DNA from: Octopus vulgaris
Taxonomy: Eukaryota
Reading direction: 5' to 3'
Length of the DNA: 64,000 bases
NCBI GenBank assembly: GCA_951406725.2
Contig: OX597834.1
Location: 13,082,001 to 13,146,000 of the forward strand
Below, one piece after another: positions 27,367-41,474 of this stretch (position 1 is its first letter; each line of letters begins with the position of its first letter). The notes under the pieces were generated by a model. It worked only from the letters and a program-made list of their open reading frames with translations. It was not told the DNA's origin and ran no database searches. The translations under genes and the position numbers were made by a program.

Positions 27367-27526
27367 AGGAGTGGCTGCGTGGTAAGTAGCTTGCTAACCA
27401 ACCACATGGTTACGGGTTCAGTCTCACTGCGTGGCATCTTGGGCAAGCGTCTTCTACTATAGCCTCGGGCCAACCAATGCCTTGTGAGTAGATTTGGTAG
27501 TCGGGAACTGAAAGAAGCCTGTCGTA

Positions 27527-27583
<57 letters not shown>

Positions 27584-27777
27584 ATGTTTGTGTGTCTGTG
27601 TTTGTCCCCCTAGCATTGCTTGACAACCGATGCTGGTATGTTTACATCCCCATCACTTAGCGGTTCGGCAAAAAGAGACCGATAGTATAAGTCCCGGGGT
27701 CGATTTGCTCGACTAAAGGCGGTGCTCCAGCATGGCCGCAGTCAAATGACTGAAACAAGTAAAAGAAAAAAAAGAAA

Positions 27778-27779
<2 letters not shown>
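27363..27779 (+). mobile_element. SINE family A (small internal deletion)
   Basis: gcgcaggagtggctgcgtggtaag...gaaacaagtaaaagaaaaaaagaaaag, embedded in (TA)n. Confidence 0.9.
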
Positions 27780-27838
<59 letters not shown>

Positions 27839-28807
27839 CATATAAATATATTGAAGTAAATAGATAGATATGTTTCAAAACAGGCGACTGAAAGAATTTA
27901 GTAATCTTTATTTCCTATTTTATATATATTTTTTGAAATAGGTGTTTCTGTGATACATATGGCAAAATCACAAAAGATATCAACCACTTACCAGTGAATT
28001 AAAATAACAATTAAGCTTCAAAAAGTATTTTCCGATATTTTGCAACCTTTTCCGCTCTTTTTACTCTCATGTTTATACTATTTTCTATTTTACACGAAAA
28101 ATACTACAATTTAGTATATTATCTGCATATTCCACTACGCCATATATACTAAGAATATGTAGTCCATAAGGTATATTTTAGATTATAATTGTACGTACAT
28201 TCTATATGTCTACACACCTAAACACATACATTTGCACAGAGGCTTTCATCCACATAGAGATATATCAATGGTTTTGTGTGTGTTGTGTGTGTTTCCCATA
28301 AATGCAAAACCTAAATCTGAGAGAAATATGTAGGTAAATTTCTTTGTACTTACGTACATATATCTATGCTTAATCTGCATTATTTGAATTCCTACATACA
28401 AATCTTTACCTCTTTAGAGTTGACATATCGTGTGTGTTCCACACATAAGTATATAGAAATCTGAACCGAGACGAAACGTCAAAAGATGAACCAGTGATAG
28501 GAAGAGATTAATTCTATGGTAGAAATGCTAATATAGAGAAAAATACTAACAACCTTGCAGAATTTTCATATCTATACCATTTAATAACCAAGTAAATACA
28601 TTTCGGTTAAACATAAAAATATATTCATATCGAAAAAGGAAGGTTAGGTAAGATAGCACTGAATTTATTTCTAGATAAACGCCTAGTAATTATATTACCG
28701 ATATGTGAACAACTTCCATGCCAAAAGCTATATTAGATGAAAGTGTAGTCTAATCCTATCTCATAAAGGTCACTGCTTCTGTAGCAAATGTTGCAATAAT
28801 TCAACTC

Positions 28808-28873
<66 letters not shown>

Positions 28874-29217
28874 TTAATTTATTTTCTCACTATTAGGTTC
28901 TTCTCAGCCTCTTTGCATTTTCACATTCCCGAATTATATTTCCTTTCATTTTTTGTTATATCTTAACATCGGCATCTGTTGCTGTCGTTGTCGTCGTTGT
29001 TGTTGTTGTTGTTATTATTATTATTATTTATTTTATGGTTATCAGTTTTTAATCAGTACTACTGCTTATGTAATCGATACGAAGCCGAACAAAATTCTTA
29101 GCAACCTTTCTTCCGGATTTACGTTCTCCGTTCAACCACCGTCGGGGTAACCTTTGCATTCCATCCGTTTGAGATCGACTAGCCACTTGCCCCAGAATTT
29201 CATGAGCCTGCAGCACA

Positions 29218-29219
<2 letters not shown>

Positions 29220-29281
<62 letters not shown>

Positions 29282-29298
29282 GTTATTATTATTATTAT
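29220..29298. repeat. (TAT)n microsatellite
   Basis: Direct reading. Confidence 0.95.
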
Positions 29299-29685
29299 AG
29301 AGGGGACAAAAAAGGACAGACAAACGGATTAAGTCGATTATATCGACCCCAGTGCGTAACTGGTACTTAATTCATCAACCCCGGCGAAAGGATAGAAGGC
29401 AAATTGACCTCGGCGGAATTTAAACTTAGAACGTAACGGAAGACGAAATACCTATTTCTTTACTACCCACAAGGAGCTAAACACAGGGAGGACAAACAAG
29501 GACAGACAAACGGATGAAGTCGATTATATTGACCCCAGTGCGTAACTGGTACTTATTTAATCGACCCAGAAACGATGAAAGACAAAGTCGACCTCGCTGG
29601 AATTTGAACTCAGACCGTAGCCGCAGACGAAATACTGCTAGGCATTTCACCCGGCGTGTTAACCTTTCTGCCAGCTCCCCGACTT
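29299..29685 (-). mobile_element. SINE family B dimer
   Basis: Two bodies joined at gacgaaatacctatttcttt (about 29451) with a single head at about 29640-29685. Confidence 0.88.
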
Positions 29686-30856
29686 AAAAAGAATACCTAT
29701 TATTGATGAATTATATCTGATCAAATTTCATGTGAAACTGTTTGACTGCTATATTACCGAGGGTGATGCTTTTATACATGTAAATTATTTTTACTGTGAT
29801 TATTATCTCCGCATTTTCCATAAAATAATTTATGCTTATATATGTGTGTTTGCATGTGTGCACGTCAGATTTTCCCTATGAAAGAAAGAACACGAATAAA
29901 AACAAAAATTGTTAATCGAGAAGATTATTTAAGCCAAAAAGTACCATAAGCATATATTCCCTGCTAGTCGTACTTTTGCCTTGATAATCCAACGGGAAAT
30001 GATGTGCATGTAACTATTCCAATACACAATTAATACAATTAATACAACGTCAAATGATTCACCGTTCAACAATAGCATTAAATCATGTTTCATCATAGAG
30101 GCGCAAACCCTCAACTTATGCTAAACTGGTACCTGTTTTATTGAGGCCGAAATTTCGAAGACTATAGTTATAATTTGAAATCAGAATGTAAAACAGTAAA
30201 AAATGTCAGTAAGTATTTTACAAGTTCCCGGCCTTATCTGAGAGAATAAAATGAAAATATCCTTATTGGTTGAAGGCTGAAGAGTAAACCATGAAATTTG
30301 TATAAGTGAATAACAGTTAGATAAGTTTCGCAAAATTTATGCTCGTAATTTAACGATCAGTGTCCGTTTTAAACTACGCAATTTCTTGTTTAAATAATAG
30401 AAATACGATTAAACAGAGATGGTTAGATTGTTGAGATAACCAGAGAAATATTAAGATTTGACGTATTTGCCGTTTTGACCTTGGAGTGAGTGTGGGCAAG
30501 AAACGTGTTATTTAAGTTCAGTGGTTAGAATAATGATTTTCTGCTCAGACACAAGCGCACAATTACACAGATACTTTTAATCAAACGCATGCCGTCGCGT
30601 ATACATATGTGTAAGGCAAATACTTACACTTAGACAAACACAGGCATATGTATCTGTGGGTTTTCGTTTTTGTGTATGCGTGTGCGTGTTACAGAGAGAA
30701 GGAAAGAGAGAGAGAGAAGCACATTCTCAAATAGGTACGAAAATGAATATATATTTGAGTGAGCATGTGATTTTATATATATATAAATATATACATATAT
30801 GTATACACATATACATATGTATATATATTTATAAGTAGCTATACACATATACACAG

Positions 30857-30937
<81 letters not shown>

Positions 30938-31548
30938 CAATATATATGGGTGTGTCTTTGTGTGTGCATCTGTGTGTATTTTTATATGTATATGTATGCA
31001 TATATATATATCATTATACATGCTCCTATAATTTGTAAAAGATAATTGCTGAATTTGCAAATGGAAACAGATAAAACTCCATCATAGAATGATACAATTG
31101 TCTGCCATAATTTTTCTTTATTATTCCTTTATATTTTCACTCGTGCCGTTTTATTTGACCATCTTCTCACTTGCAATTTTTTTTCTCACTTACATCATGT
31201 CTACAATAGCAATCTATATCAATCATTGCAGTGTGAGCTGGCAAAGAAATATTTTTTGGTAATTGTGCATTGCGTTATAAATTCTCTTAACCCTTCGCAT
31301 TGTCTATTCGAAAAAGAAAAAAATATACTCATAGTAATTCTTCGTTTGCAAATATAAATGTATGTTTAATAGCAAATCGTTTTCGTGCTAGTAGATTCTA
31401 GTGTACATCAAGATAAAATGTTCATGCAGAATGCTCCTGTCGTGATTAAGATGGCGACGTATATACACAATGCGTACTTTTGCCGCTGACGCTTTGCTTC
31501 TCTAGTTATATAATACATGAAAGATTGTATGTGTGCATGTGTATTATG

Positions 31549-31597
<49 letters not shown>

Positions 31598-31607
31598 ATG
31601 TATACAA

Positions 31608-31691
<84 letters not shown>

Positions 31692-31918
31692 GTATGTATG
31701 TATAAAGAATTATAGACATAACTGGGTTGCGTGAGAACTGGAGATTTTATCCGTGCCACCGCGAAAATTAGCAGTCACGCAAGGAAAACGTTACAATAGG
31801 CAACAAGCATAAAAGATTATCTACCAAAATGGATTTGTCGGACCAGATGGTTCCGGGCGTTGCCCTAGCTTCGCTGTAGTCCAATGACTGAAACAAGTAA
31901 TGGAGGAAATATATATAA

Positions 31919-31998
<80 letters not shown>

Positions 31999-32589
31999 GC
32001 ATATATATGTATATACATATATATATATATATATATAAATACATTTTGTGTATCTATAATATAACGCGCACACACACAAACGCACACATACACAAGGACA
32101 CATATTTATTTATATTTATATGTATTTATATGTGTATATGTATACGCATGTATGTGTATGTGCATACGTTGTATGCAGATATGAATGTATGTATATTTAT
32201 ATATGCATATATACATATGTATGTGTATGTGTGTCTTGCATATAATAAGCTGCATATTTCAATAGGGAATACAAGTAGCAGGACCCTTTATGTTACGTAA
32301 AGAGGAATATATACACCATAATTACATATTACCGATGTATGTTTATCTTGTAGGAACACGTCTGTGTTTTTGTAGATCGCATCTATATTATTAGGTATTT
32401 CCATATTTTATTTAACCAGGAGTAAGCTCCTGTTTTGCATTAGTAGATTTTATGGAAGAAAATAAGGGGCTTTGCATATTGCATGTTTTTTTTGCCTTAT
32501 GCTTATACATACATACAAGTATCTATGCGTTTGCGTGTTTCTGTATTTAAATACAGACACGCAACAGACACACACACATACATATAAAT

Positions 32590-32800
32590 GTGACCTCGTG
32601 TGTACCGTTGTCGATTTTTTCCTCTCTCTTCCCTTATCTGGATCTTTCCTTCTCCTATGTTTCCGACGAAGAGCTCTGCTCGAAACGTTTAAAACCCTCC
32701 TTCCTTCCGTCTTTCCTGAGCGTCCAATAATACTATATTTTTTCCACGTCCTCGCGTTGTTGTGTTTTTTTGTGTTTTCGTGTTTGGATTAACTTTATAT
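32590..32800 (+). mobile_element. PLE-type mini-element related to family D (D')
   Basis: Has the same gagc..gctcgaaacgtt...cctgagcg layout as family D and ends in TA-rich repeat. Confidence 0.7.
32659..32695 (+). ncRNA. Minimal hammerhead motif (CCGACGA core)
   Basis: gttt CCGACGA a gagc-tct-gctc GAAA cg TT t aaaac. Confidence 0.6.
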
Positions 32801-32824
32801 CTATATATATCTATATATATATAT

Positions 32825-32875
<51 letters not shown>

Positions 32876-33299
32876 AGGGGAGGTAATAAACAGACGTTTC
32901 CGGATTATGAGTTTACCCGGGATTTCACATCGATAAAGCTCTTAGCTTTGCAGCGTTTTTGCAACCCCTAAACCCGTTGCGCTATGTACTCTCTGGAAAA
33001 TGGAAGAAGAAAAGTTTCCCTTCCGATTTGTCAACAAGCGATTTACTCACTTTGACCGCTATCTATAAGCGACACTATTGGTTTGTGGTTCCCACTTTGG
33101 CAGAAGATATTACTTCGCACTTCATCAACTTCCTGCTGGCGCTGGGACCCAAAAGACTCTTCCATTATCCAGAGTATCTCTAAACCGGCTAAACCGGCCA
33201 TATCTAACTGTAACTATTCAACTGCTCTATAACTTATAGTGTGCTTCTTTGGGGCTTTATGGTTTACTAACAATATATATTTGTGTGTGTCTGTGTGTA

Positions 33300-33483
33300 T
33301 TCGCCATGAGAGATCGCTAGCCCCTACCCTTTCTTTTATTTTCTCTCCTTGTTTCTTTCTGTGTTCCTTTCTGTGGAAGAGCGTAGGCTCGAAACGTTAA
33401 AGACTCTTTCAATTCCCGAGCGTTATACCAATACAGCTGTTTGTTGTCTACACCACCTAACTTCGTGTTTCTTTTGTGAATTC

Positions 33484-33488
<5 letters not shown>
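33300..33488 (+). mobile_element. PLE-type mini-element family D
   Basis: Homologous to the 13730 and 44611 copies and ends in (TA)n. Confidence 0.8.
33367..33402 (+). ncRNA. Minimal hammerhead motif, A6U variant (CUGUGGA)
   Basis: cttt CTGTGGA a gagc-gtag-gctc GAAA cg TT aaag. Confidence 0.62.
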
Positions 33489-33523
<35 letters not shown>

Positions 33524-33574
33524 AAAAAACAAGTCAAAATAGAAAATGCTAAAATAATTTTATAGAGAACATTT

Positions 33575-33612
33575 CAGTACCGGTTCCGGTCATTTTGAGA
33601 CCTTTTCAACTG
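33575..33612 (-). ncRNA. Hammerhead motif family G, antisense arm copy (GAAA mutated to GGAA)
   Basis: Minus strand: cag TTGAAAA ggtc-tcaaaat-gacc GGAA ccgg TA ctg. Confidence 0.5.
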
Positions 33613-34253
33613 TAACGATTAAATAATTAAATTTAGAAAAGTTTTTTTAAAGGAATATTTGTATAGTAGTGTTCAAATATAAGTGGCATTTTCCTTGTTT
33701 CTGCCTTTCTCTGACTCTCTTGTTTGCACTTGTGTGTTCGAGGTCGTCGTGAATTCACCACCATCATCATCATCATCTTCTTCTTCTCTTTCTTCTTCTT
33801 CTTCTTCTTCTTCTTCTTCTTCTTCTTCATCATCATCATCATCATCATCGTCATCTTCATCTTCTTCTTCTTCTTCTTCTTCTTCTTCTCCACCTTCTAT
33901 CTCTTAACTTTATCACTAATGCTTTTTAGTAAAACACCTACGCAAATTCCATAAACAAACCTCTCAATAGAAATATTCTCCTGAATTGAACTGCAACTGC
34001 TAGCCGTCACTGACCATTCAAAATACAACAAGCAAGGCACTCCCAAATTTTTCCACCCCCTCTCCTCTTCAGCCTTCTTCTTCTCCTACCCTACCAAGAA
34101 TTCACAACGACCTCGAACACACAAGTGCAAACAAGAGAGTCAGAGAAAGGCAGAAACAAGGAAAATGCCACTTATATTTGAACACTACTATACAAATATT
34201 CCTTTAAAAAAACTTTTCTTCTAATTTTTCTAAATTTAATTATTTAATCGTTA

Positions 34254-34291
34254 CAGTTGAAAAGGTCTCAAAATGACCGAAACCGGTACTG
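34254..34291 (+). ncRNA. Minimal hammerhead motif with U3:A8 core (UUGAAAA)
   Basis: cag TTGAAAA ggtc-tcaaaat-gacc GAAA ccgg TA ctg. Stem III is the palindrome accggt. Confidence 0.72.
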
Positions 34292-34377
34292 AAATGTTCT
34301 TTATAAAATTATTTTAGGATTTTCTATTTTGACTTGTTTTTTCATATATATCAACTCGTGTGTTGCTTCTCACCCTT

Positions 34378-34537
<160 letters not shown>

Positions 34538-34942
34538 GTACATGCATATATATATATAGAATGAGAGTGATGGTATCTTCCAAGTTTCGGCAGGCTGAGT
34601 TACTATTAGTACGATGTTGCTCTAGCTGCCCGAAGCTTCGAGGTCACTGTCGATACTGTATTTGTTATAGAATAGAATGAAAAATAATTTTGTTAAATAA
34701 CAAATCTAGTAAGTATTCCTTTAATTTAAAGTAAAATTTTTCTCCATATAGCACAAAAATTGAGATGCCACCCAGTGCGATTGAACCGGGAATCATGGGG
34801 GAGGGAAGCAAGCTTGTTACCAACACTTCACCTATATATACATACACAGATATATACACACGTACATACGTATATATTTATATATACATATGTATGTATA
34901 TATGTATATATATATACACATATACATATATATATGTATATA

Positions 34943-35062
34943 TCACCACCACCACCATGACCGACCAGGCTATCAGATGTTGTTACACATCGCTGGTCAC
35001 AATGCGCTTTGCATTGTTTTAGCCTTCAAATGACGCCACCCCGCTGGCTAAGCGAGTAAGCC
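34943..35062 (-). mobile_element. Probable retroposon 3' fragment with a (TGG)n tail
   Basis: A GC-richer block between microsatellites that begins with caccaccaccacca, i.e. a short-repeat tail on the minus strand. Single copy in this window. Confidence 0.4.
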
Positions 35063-35067
35063 ATATG

Positions 35068-35160
<93 letters not shown>

Positions 35161-35896
35161 TTATGTATGTCTCCCTGTCTTGTGAGCAAATCTATTAGAC
35201 GAACATTGTACGGAAGACCATTGCTTTCAATGCACGCACCTATAACAATAAGGCTCTGATATGTCACATTGCAACGCTTGCGCCCGCGTCAATTATGGAC
35301 AACATTCACCCAAATGCCGCAAAGTGGCACCGAACGTGAACACCCTTTTAAGTTGGGAGTCTTAAACATTTACCCTCGCTTTCACCTTACCGATATCAAC
35401 AGTATAATACATATAACGCAGACGAGGAATATTTATGTATTTCTAAATACTAGTTTCATTGTTAAATTACATTACATCAAGTACATTGTGTAGTTAGTAT
35501 AGATTCGAATGCCATGACTGTATCCCATTTACACTGTTTCTACCCGTTTGACACATGAAGCATTGTTTGTCGTATTTACAAGTGTAGCATATAATGGCGA
35601 TATCACGTTTAAAATATTGTTAGTAATAGAAAAAAAAAAAAAGAAAGATATTTAGCATGTTAGTCAGTTGTTTCGATCTCTCTCACTGTATGGTGCTTGA
35701 ATAGAGGTGAAAAATATAAAAGAGATACATGTTTCTTCAAAAATGTAAAAAATAAAATACGAAAAAAATGTGAAACCCTCCATTATCTTTACTAAAATGT
35801 TGGAATACAAGCATAAAAAATGTATACATAGACAAACAATCCGTACATGCGTGCACCCCATATGTGTTTGTGTATGTGTATGTGTTTATGTGTGTG

Positions 35897-35945
<49 letters not shown>

Positions 35946-36029
35946 CCATAAACATATATATATATGCATATATATACACACACATATATATATATGTGTG
36001 TGCGTATATATATACATATGTATATACAT

Positions 36030-36128
<99 letters not shown>

Positions 36129-36717
36129 AATGGCAAAATATTATTCGTACATTCATCTATAAAAATACTTTGTAAAGAAAACTGTGATAAGAAATATTTT
36201 CAGGTTTTTTATAAACATAATAACACCAGATGTGTTCTATTGTATAATATCTCGAAAATAGTGAAAAACCTTTCAAATGTAACTATCACAATAATTGCAA
36301 TATATGTCCTCTTTCCTTCGTTTTGAATGGTTCTCAAAAAATTCATGCCATTAAATAGTATCGCTGTCTGCCTATACCACTGGTTGACAGTATTTCTCGA
36401 ACCATTATTTCTAAAGAGTACTTGGTTTCCTATTTTTCTATTATATTTATTCATTTTTTAGTCACATTTCAGGTCGCATTACCAGTACAGTGCATTTGTA
36501 TATGTTTACCATGTACTATAAATGTCTTGAAAATAATCTTGTTTCCAGATTTCAAAAGAAAGCATGAGAGGTGTCATCGAATGCTTACGTATGTTTCCTT
36601 TACCAACAGATATCTGCATAATGACATGTGAAGCACATTATGTCACATCTGTGAGAGAAAAGTGGAAAGAAAAGCGAGATTGCGTACGTTCGTGTTTACT
36701 ACCGAAACATTTGTTTA

Positions 36718-36800
36718 TACCGTAAATCCCCGAGTATAATCCGCATGTTTTCCCAAAAATTTAAAGGTCAAAATCCCTAGTGCGAACTATATTCGAAGTT
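36718..36800 (+). mobile_element. Tc2/pogo-like DNA transposon left terminus
   Basis: taccgtaaatccccgagtataatccgca followed by the inverted sub-terminal motif gtgcgaactatattcg resembles TA|CCGTA..CGAGTATAA..CGCA termini. No matching right end was found. Confidence 0.45.
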
Positions 36801-37048
36801 AAAAATGAAAATTATTTTCTAAGTAATATCCGAGTCTCTATTTGCTGTCCGGCAATGTTTATTCAGTCACATTCTGGGATGTCGGGTGCGAAAATACCTT
36901 AAGCTAAGCCTGAAAACAATGAAGTCATAAAAGGATCATCCATAACTTGCAGTAAGCAACATTTATTAAACGGCATTACTGCTATGAAAGCAAACATACA
37001 CGCACGCACATACACATTCATATACGAACATATATATAAATACATAAA

Positions 37049-37279
37049 GGCGGCGAGCTGGTAGAAACGTTAGCACGCCGGGCGAAATTCGTAGCCGTAT
37101 TTCGTCTGTCGTTACGTTCCGAGTTCAAATTCCGCCGAGGTTGACTTTGCCTTTCATCCTTTCGGGATCGATAAATTAAGTACCAGTTACGCACTGGGGT
37201 CGATGTAGTCGACTTAATCCCTTTGTCTGTCCTTGTTTGTCCCCTCTGTGTTTAGCCCCTTGTGGGTAGTAAAGAAATA
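37049..37279 (+). mobile_element. SINE family B monomer (reference-like copy)
   Basis: ggcggcgagctggtagaaacgttagc...gagttcaaattcc (B-box-like)...gactttgcctttcatcctttcgggatcgataaattaagtacc...gtgggtagtaaagaaata. Confidence 0.9.
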
Positions 37280-37447
37280 TATATATAAATACATATATAA
37301 ACGTATGTATACGCACACGATACATGATGTAATATATATATATATATATATATGTATGATTGATTGATTGATTGATTCTAGTTTCAGCTCACGAGCTGTG
37401 GCCATGCTTGGGCACCGCCATTTGGTGTTGCTATTGTTTTACTTCAC

Positions 37448-37486
<39 letters not shown>

Positions 37487-37530
37487 TATACGTCTAACTG
37501 TTTATCTATCTACCTCTCTCTCTCTCTTCG

Positions 37531-37574
<44 letters not shown>

Positions 37575-37575
37575 C

Positions 37576-37768
37576 AACAATTGAGGGTAAAATTAATTAA
37601 TTATTAATCAATTTCACCAAGTGTTCAGTATGCAAAGGGACCATTTAAGGCGAATTTAAGTATTAGAAATAGTTTTAAAAAAGTTTTTTTAGCTGCTATT
37701 TCTAATGAGTTTAGTATGCGGCAAAGTAATTTATTTTACTAAGCCCTTTTATATAATGTAATAATTTT
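37576..37768. mobile_element. Family K second copy in (TA)n
   Basis: caacaattgagggtaaaattaattaatt...ggcaaagtaatttattttactaagccc, as at 7057-7340. Confidence 0.7.
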
Positions 37769-37831
37769 ATATATATATATATATATATGCACATACATAC
37801 GGACATGCAGATGCATGTCTGTAAATGTATG

Positions 37832-37874
<43 letters not shown>

Positions 37875-38515
37875 GTGTGTGTGTGTGTGTTTGTGTGTGT
37901 GCATGTGCATTTATACATAGGTACATAAGTAAAAATGTTAAGCAATTTATATTGATGTTCATATATTCGTTGTACTACAAATCAAAATTAGCATGTAAAT
38001 GTAATCAGTCATGCAACAGGTTAGAAACAATATTATAATTTATTCTGCCTGAGGAATATTACAATCGCTCAATCTACATTAGTCAAATAAACATCGTTCA
38101 TCTTGATCCCATTCCCTACATTATAATTATAATTCCATATACTACCGTCCTCTTTCACTTGAAGTATTGATGTAAGCATAAGGCGAACCTGTATCGCATG
38201 TTGTGCATGGTATTCTGCTTGGCAGTTCCGATTTCGTTATGTGAAGAATCATTAGTCTTCTTTATATAAACTATTACATTGTTAATATTTCATGCCGCTT
38301 CGAATATAGATAAATGTAGAACATGATTGGGAGAGCGAAACAAGAAGTAACTGTGGCGGTGAATGACCGTTTTAATGTTACAGAAGTCAGCAGCAGTAAG
38401 CATGCCAGCTGAGATTGTTTCATAGTATACAATACAAAACGGCAAAGCATAAACAATGGCTGGCTAATGTAGCGATCAGTCAGTCTAGAAAGAAAACGGA
38501 TTCAGAGCAAGGATG

Positions 38516-38810
38516 TGTTTCTTTATTAGCCACACAGGGCTGCACACAGACGGGACAAATTACAAGGTAGAGCTTTTCTTTTGGGGATAAAAAAGGGGGG
38601 TTGGTTTTCGATCAAAAGAGATCGTAAAAGGAAAGAAAGAGGAAAGCAAAAGCAAAAAAAGGGGGGGGGATAAAAGGAAAAAGAAAAAATCGATCAATAG
38701 GGATCGTTATCACAGAAATGTCAATATAAAGTGTAAAGGGGAAGACGGGTGAGGCTTAACCGTGGAAAGAAAAGCCTATGGAAAAGACCACAGTAACCTC
38801 GGTCAATGAA
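38516..38810 (-). mobile_element. Probable LINE 3' UTR fragment sharing its 3' terminus with SINE family B
   Basis: The minus strand ends tttgtcccgtctgtgtgcagccctgtgtggctaataaagaaaca, against SINE B tttgtcccctctgtgtttagccccttgtgggtagtaaagaaata. The upstream part is unrelated to SINE B. Confidence 0.55.
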
Positions 38811-40036
38811 AAGTATAGAAGAGAAGTTTTGAGAGACAATGTATTCATCGACTTAGTAATTAGTTACAGCATTTGTCTCTGAGCAAAACTTTTCGATGAA
38901 GATGTTCAGCGAATTAAGCATATGTAACTTTCACAGAAATGGTCTCGGTTCCAGCTACTGCAAACTTGATAATTCTGTACATTAATATGTTAAATGAATT
39001 TCATAATTGAATTGAATCAATGAACCAATACTAGATTTATTCGTAGCGTCAATACGTTTCGACATCACCCAAATTAGATATATATCAATGTCCTGTTGTA
39101 GATCCAGGTATGAATTGCATTCAACTGTGCAGGTGACGTTGACCAGAAATTAGTCGTCCCAACTCAACAGTCACTAAATTTTAAGAATGCAACTTCAATG
39201 ACAAGAGAACTACGAATGGTTCAGAGCGTAGATTGTCCTGTGGTTATGATAAGAAATTTGCAATATGAAGTAGAATCCAACCTCTATTAAAATTTTACTC
39301 AGCCGAATATGGATATCATTCATAACTTCAACGTCGATTCGGTGTGCTTGAAAACACAACTATTCATTTGAGCAAAGCAGGTTGTATGATAAATAATCAA
39401 ACAGATGAACTGTGTTTAAATAAAATTTTTATATAGATTCAAAAATGCATTACATTTCACTAAAATATACGTGAGATGTACCTTAATGCCTAACAAAAAA
39501 CAAACAATAATGAAAGCATCACTTTCTATCAGTATTGCTTTTTACATACCAGCCATTGTGAACCGAGCAGGGATACACATTTTCAAACCCAAAAAGCACA
39601 TATGTTGTAGCCTTAAACATCAGCTATTTACTTAAACTTTTTTTTAACTGATAAAACTATAAGAAATCATACAATTATTTTTCATTATATCATAGTATGG
39701 CTCACAGCTAAAACAATCATGCAACAGAAAGCTACAAACCTTCGCCTTGGTGTAGTCACCACAATAGTAACGTTTATGGTAATAAATACATCCACGATAT
39801 TTCTATTGCACATAGAATTCTCAATTGTCAAAAAACGATAAATGGAAATTAATGGCTTTCATACTCAATCCGCACGCAGTATATTAGTTGATCAAAAATA
39901 AAATGAGACTTCGTTCTCGCGATGCTCAACTGTAAACGTGAAAATGATAAAACAACGCTTTTGTGTCGGGACAAATTGTCATGTGACCGGGGAACACACA
40001 CGTTTCCTTGAAACACTAATTTATTGAAGACAACTA

Positions 40037-40058
40037 GCTGCTGCTGCTGCTGCTGCTG

Positions 40059-40121
<63 letters not shown>

Positions 40122-40135
40122 TTACTACTACTACA

Positions 40136-40203
<68 letters not shown>
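40037..40203. repeat. (CTG)n(CTA)n(AAT)n compound triplet repeat
   Basis: Direct reading. The (AAT)n part abuts a SINE B-related 3' end at 40204-40295. Confidence 0.95.
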
Positions 40204-41474
40204 CCATTCTACTAAAGGCACAAGGTCTGAAATTTTGGTGGAGGGTATTACTCATTTACATCGTCCCCAGTTTGCCACTGGTATGTAATTCGAAGACAGA
40301 ACGTAATTTATGGATACCTTTGTCTTGTTTTAGTCAGCAGAAATCAGCCATGCTGGGTTACCATTTAAAGGACTTGTATCAAACGTAGAAACCCCAGTAT
40401 TTATTTTTGAAGCTTGTCTGTTAACAATCTTTTGTGAAGGACACACAGACACAAACACATACACACGCACCCACACCCACACGCACACACACGCACTCAC
40501 ACACATACACATACACAGGCACATAAACTCGAAGAGTTCCTTTTATTATCTCTCTTAAAAAATACCGCTCGTAAGTCTTTGGTCATAGAGTAGTTATCTT
40601 AAAAAACAATTACGCAACTTGGCATGGAGTGGTGCTGAACATGGTTCGATATTATTGAGAAGGGGCTTTCTTACCACATGGCTGAGACTAGCCTCTCCAA
40701 CTTTTTTTTTTATTCATAGCTAAACAGTATATTGTCTCACCCTATGAAAATTCTTAATATTTTATCCAGATGCAAGAGAGCTTGGCGTAACCATTGGAAC
40801 AATATTACTTTTATCATACGTCTGTTTATAGCTTCGAAGCTAAACGATATCTTCTATAGTTAAACAATAACTACATTTGCTACGAAGACAACATGTTTTG
40901 AAATTATATCTTTAGTTATCTACAAATACACGGATTAAGCAATCGCTGAGACTTAACATGTTAAAATAGCTGTCACTTAAACGTGGAGTAAGTTTGTTTC
41001 TAAACGTATATTATTTTAATTTCGTTCCTCTTCTTGAAATGAAATTTCAAATTGATAATGTTATCTATCAGAGGGATTCTATGCAAATAATTGTCTTCAT
41101 ACGGAGCCAGTCAATACGTTCTGTTGGCGACAGTAATATGATATAAACATCAAGTTGTACTTGCGCACGATTACGTGAACAAAATATATTGATACTTACA
41201 CTTTTGCATACACACTCGAACACGCACACTCGCGTACAGGCAATCATAGGTAAACATTTATATACATATGTGTGTGTATGCCTACGTATGTGTGCCTCTT
41301 TGAGTATGTGCGTGCGTATATATGTATTTATATGTGTACCGTATCATATTGTAATTTCACACAAAATACAATGAGCGACATAAGACACCATCAATATTAT
41401 AACCCGAAACAAAATACTTCGTGTCAACTAATAGTGTGCCATTCTCTTACACTTATAGCACACTGTCAATAAGT

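Larger units (their letters stand above)
33520..34377 (+). mobile_element. Inverted-repeat PLE-type element family G (arms about 240 bp, microsatellite-rich spacer)
   Basis: Arm 33520-33756 is the near-perfect reverse complement of 34098-34346. The spacer contains (CAT)n/(CTT)n and there is (TA)n on both flanks. Confidence 0.85.

Noticed and set aside
28460-28486. ctgaaccgagacgaaacgtc hammerhead-like string
   Set aside because: No stem II or stem I pairing; likely chance.
32872-33250. GC-richer block with 74-aa ORF 32959..33183
   Set aside because: No recognisable motif on either strand. It may be an unclassified repeat, but I cannot support a call.
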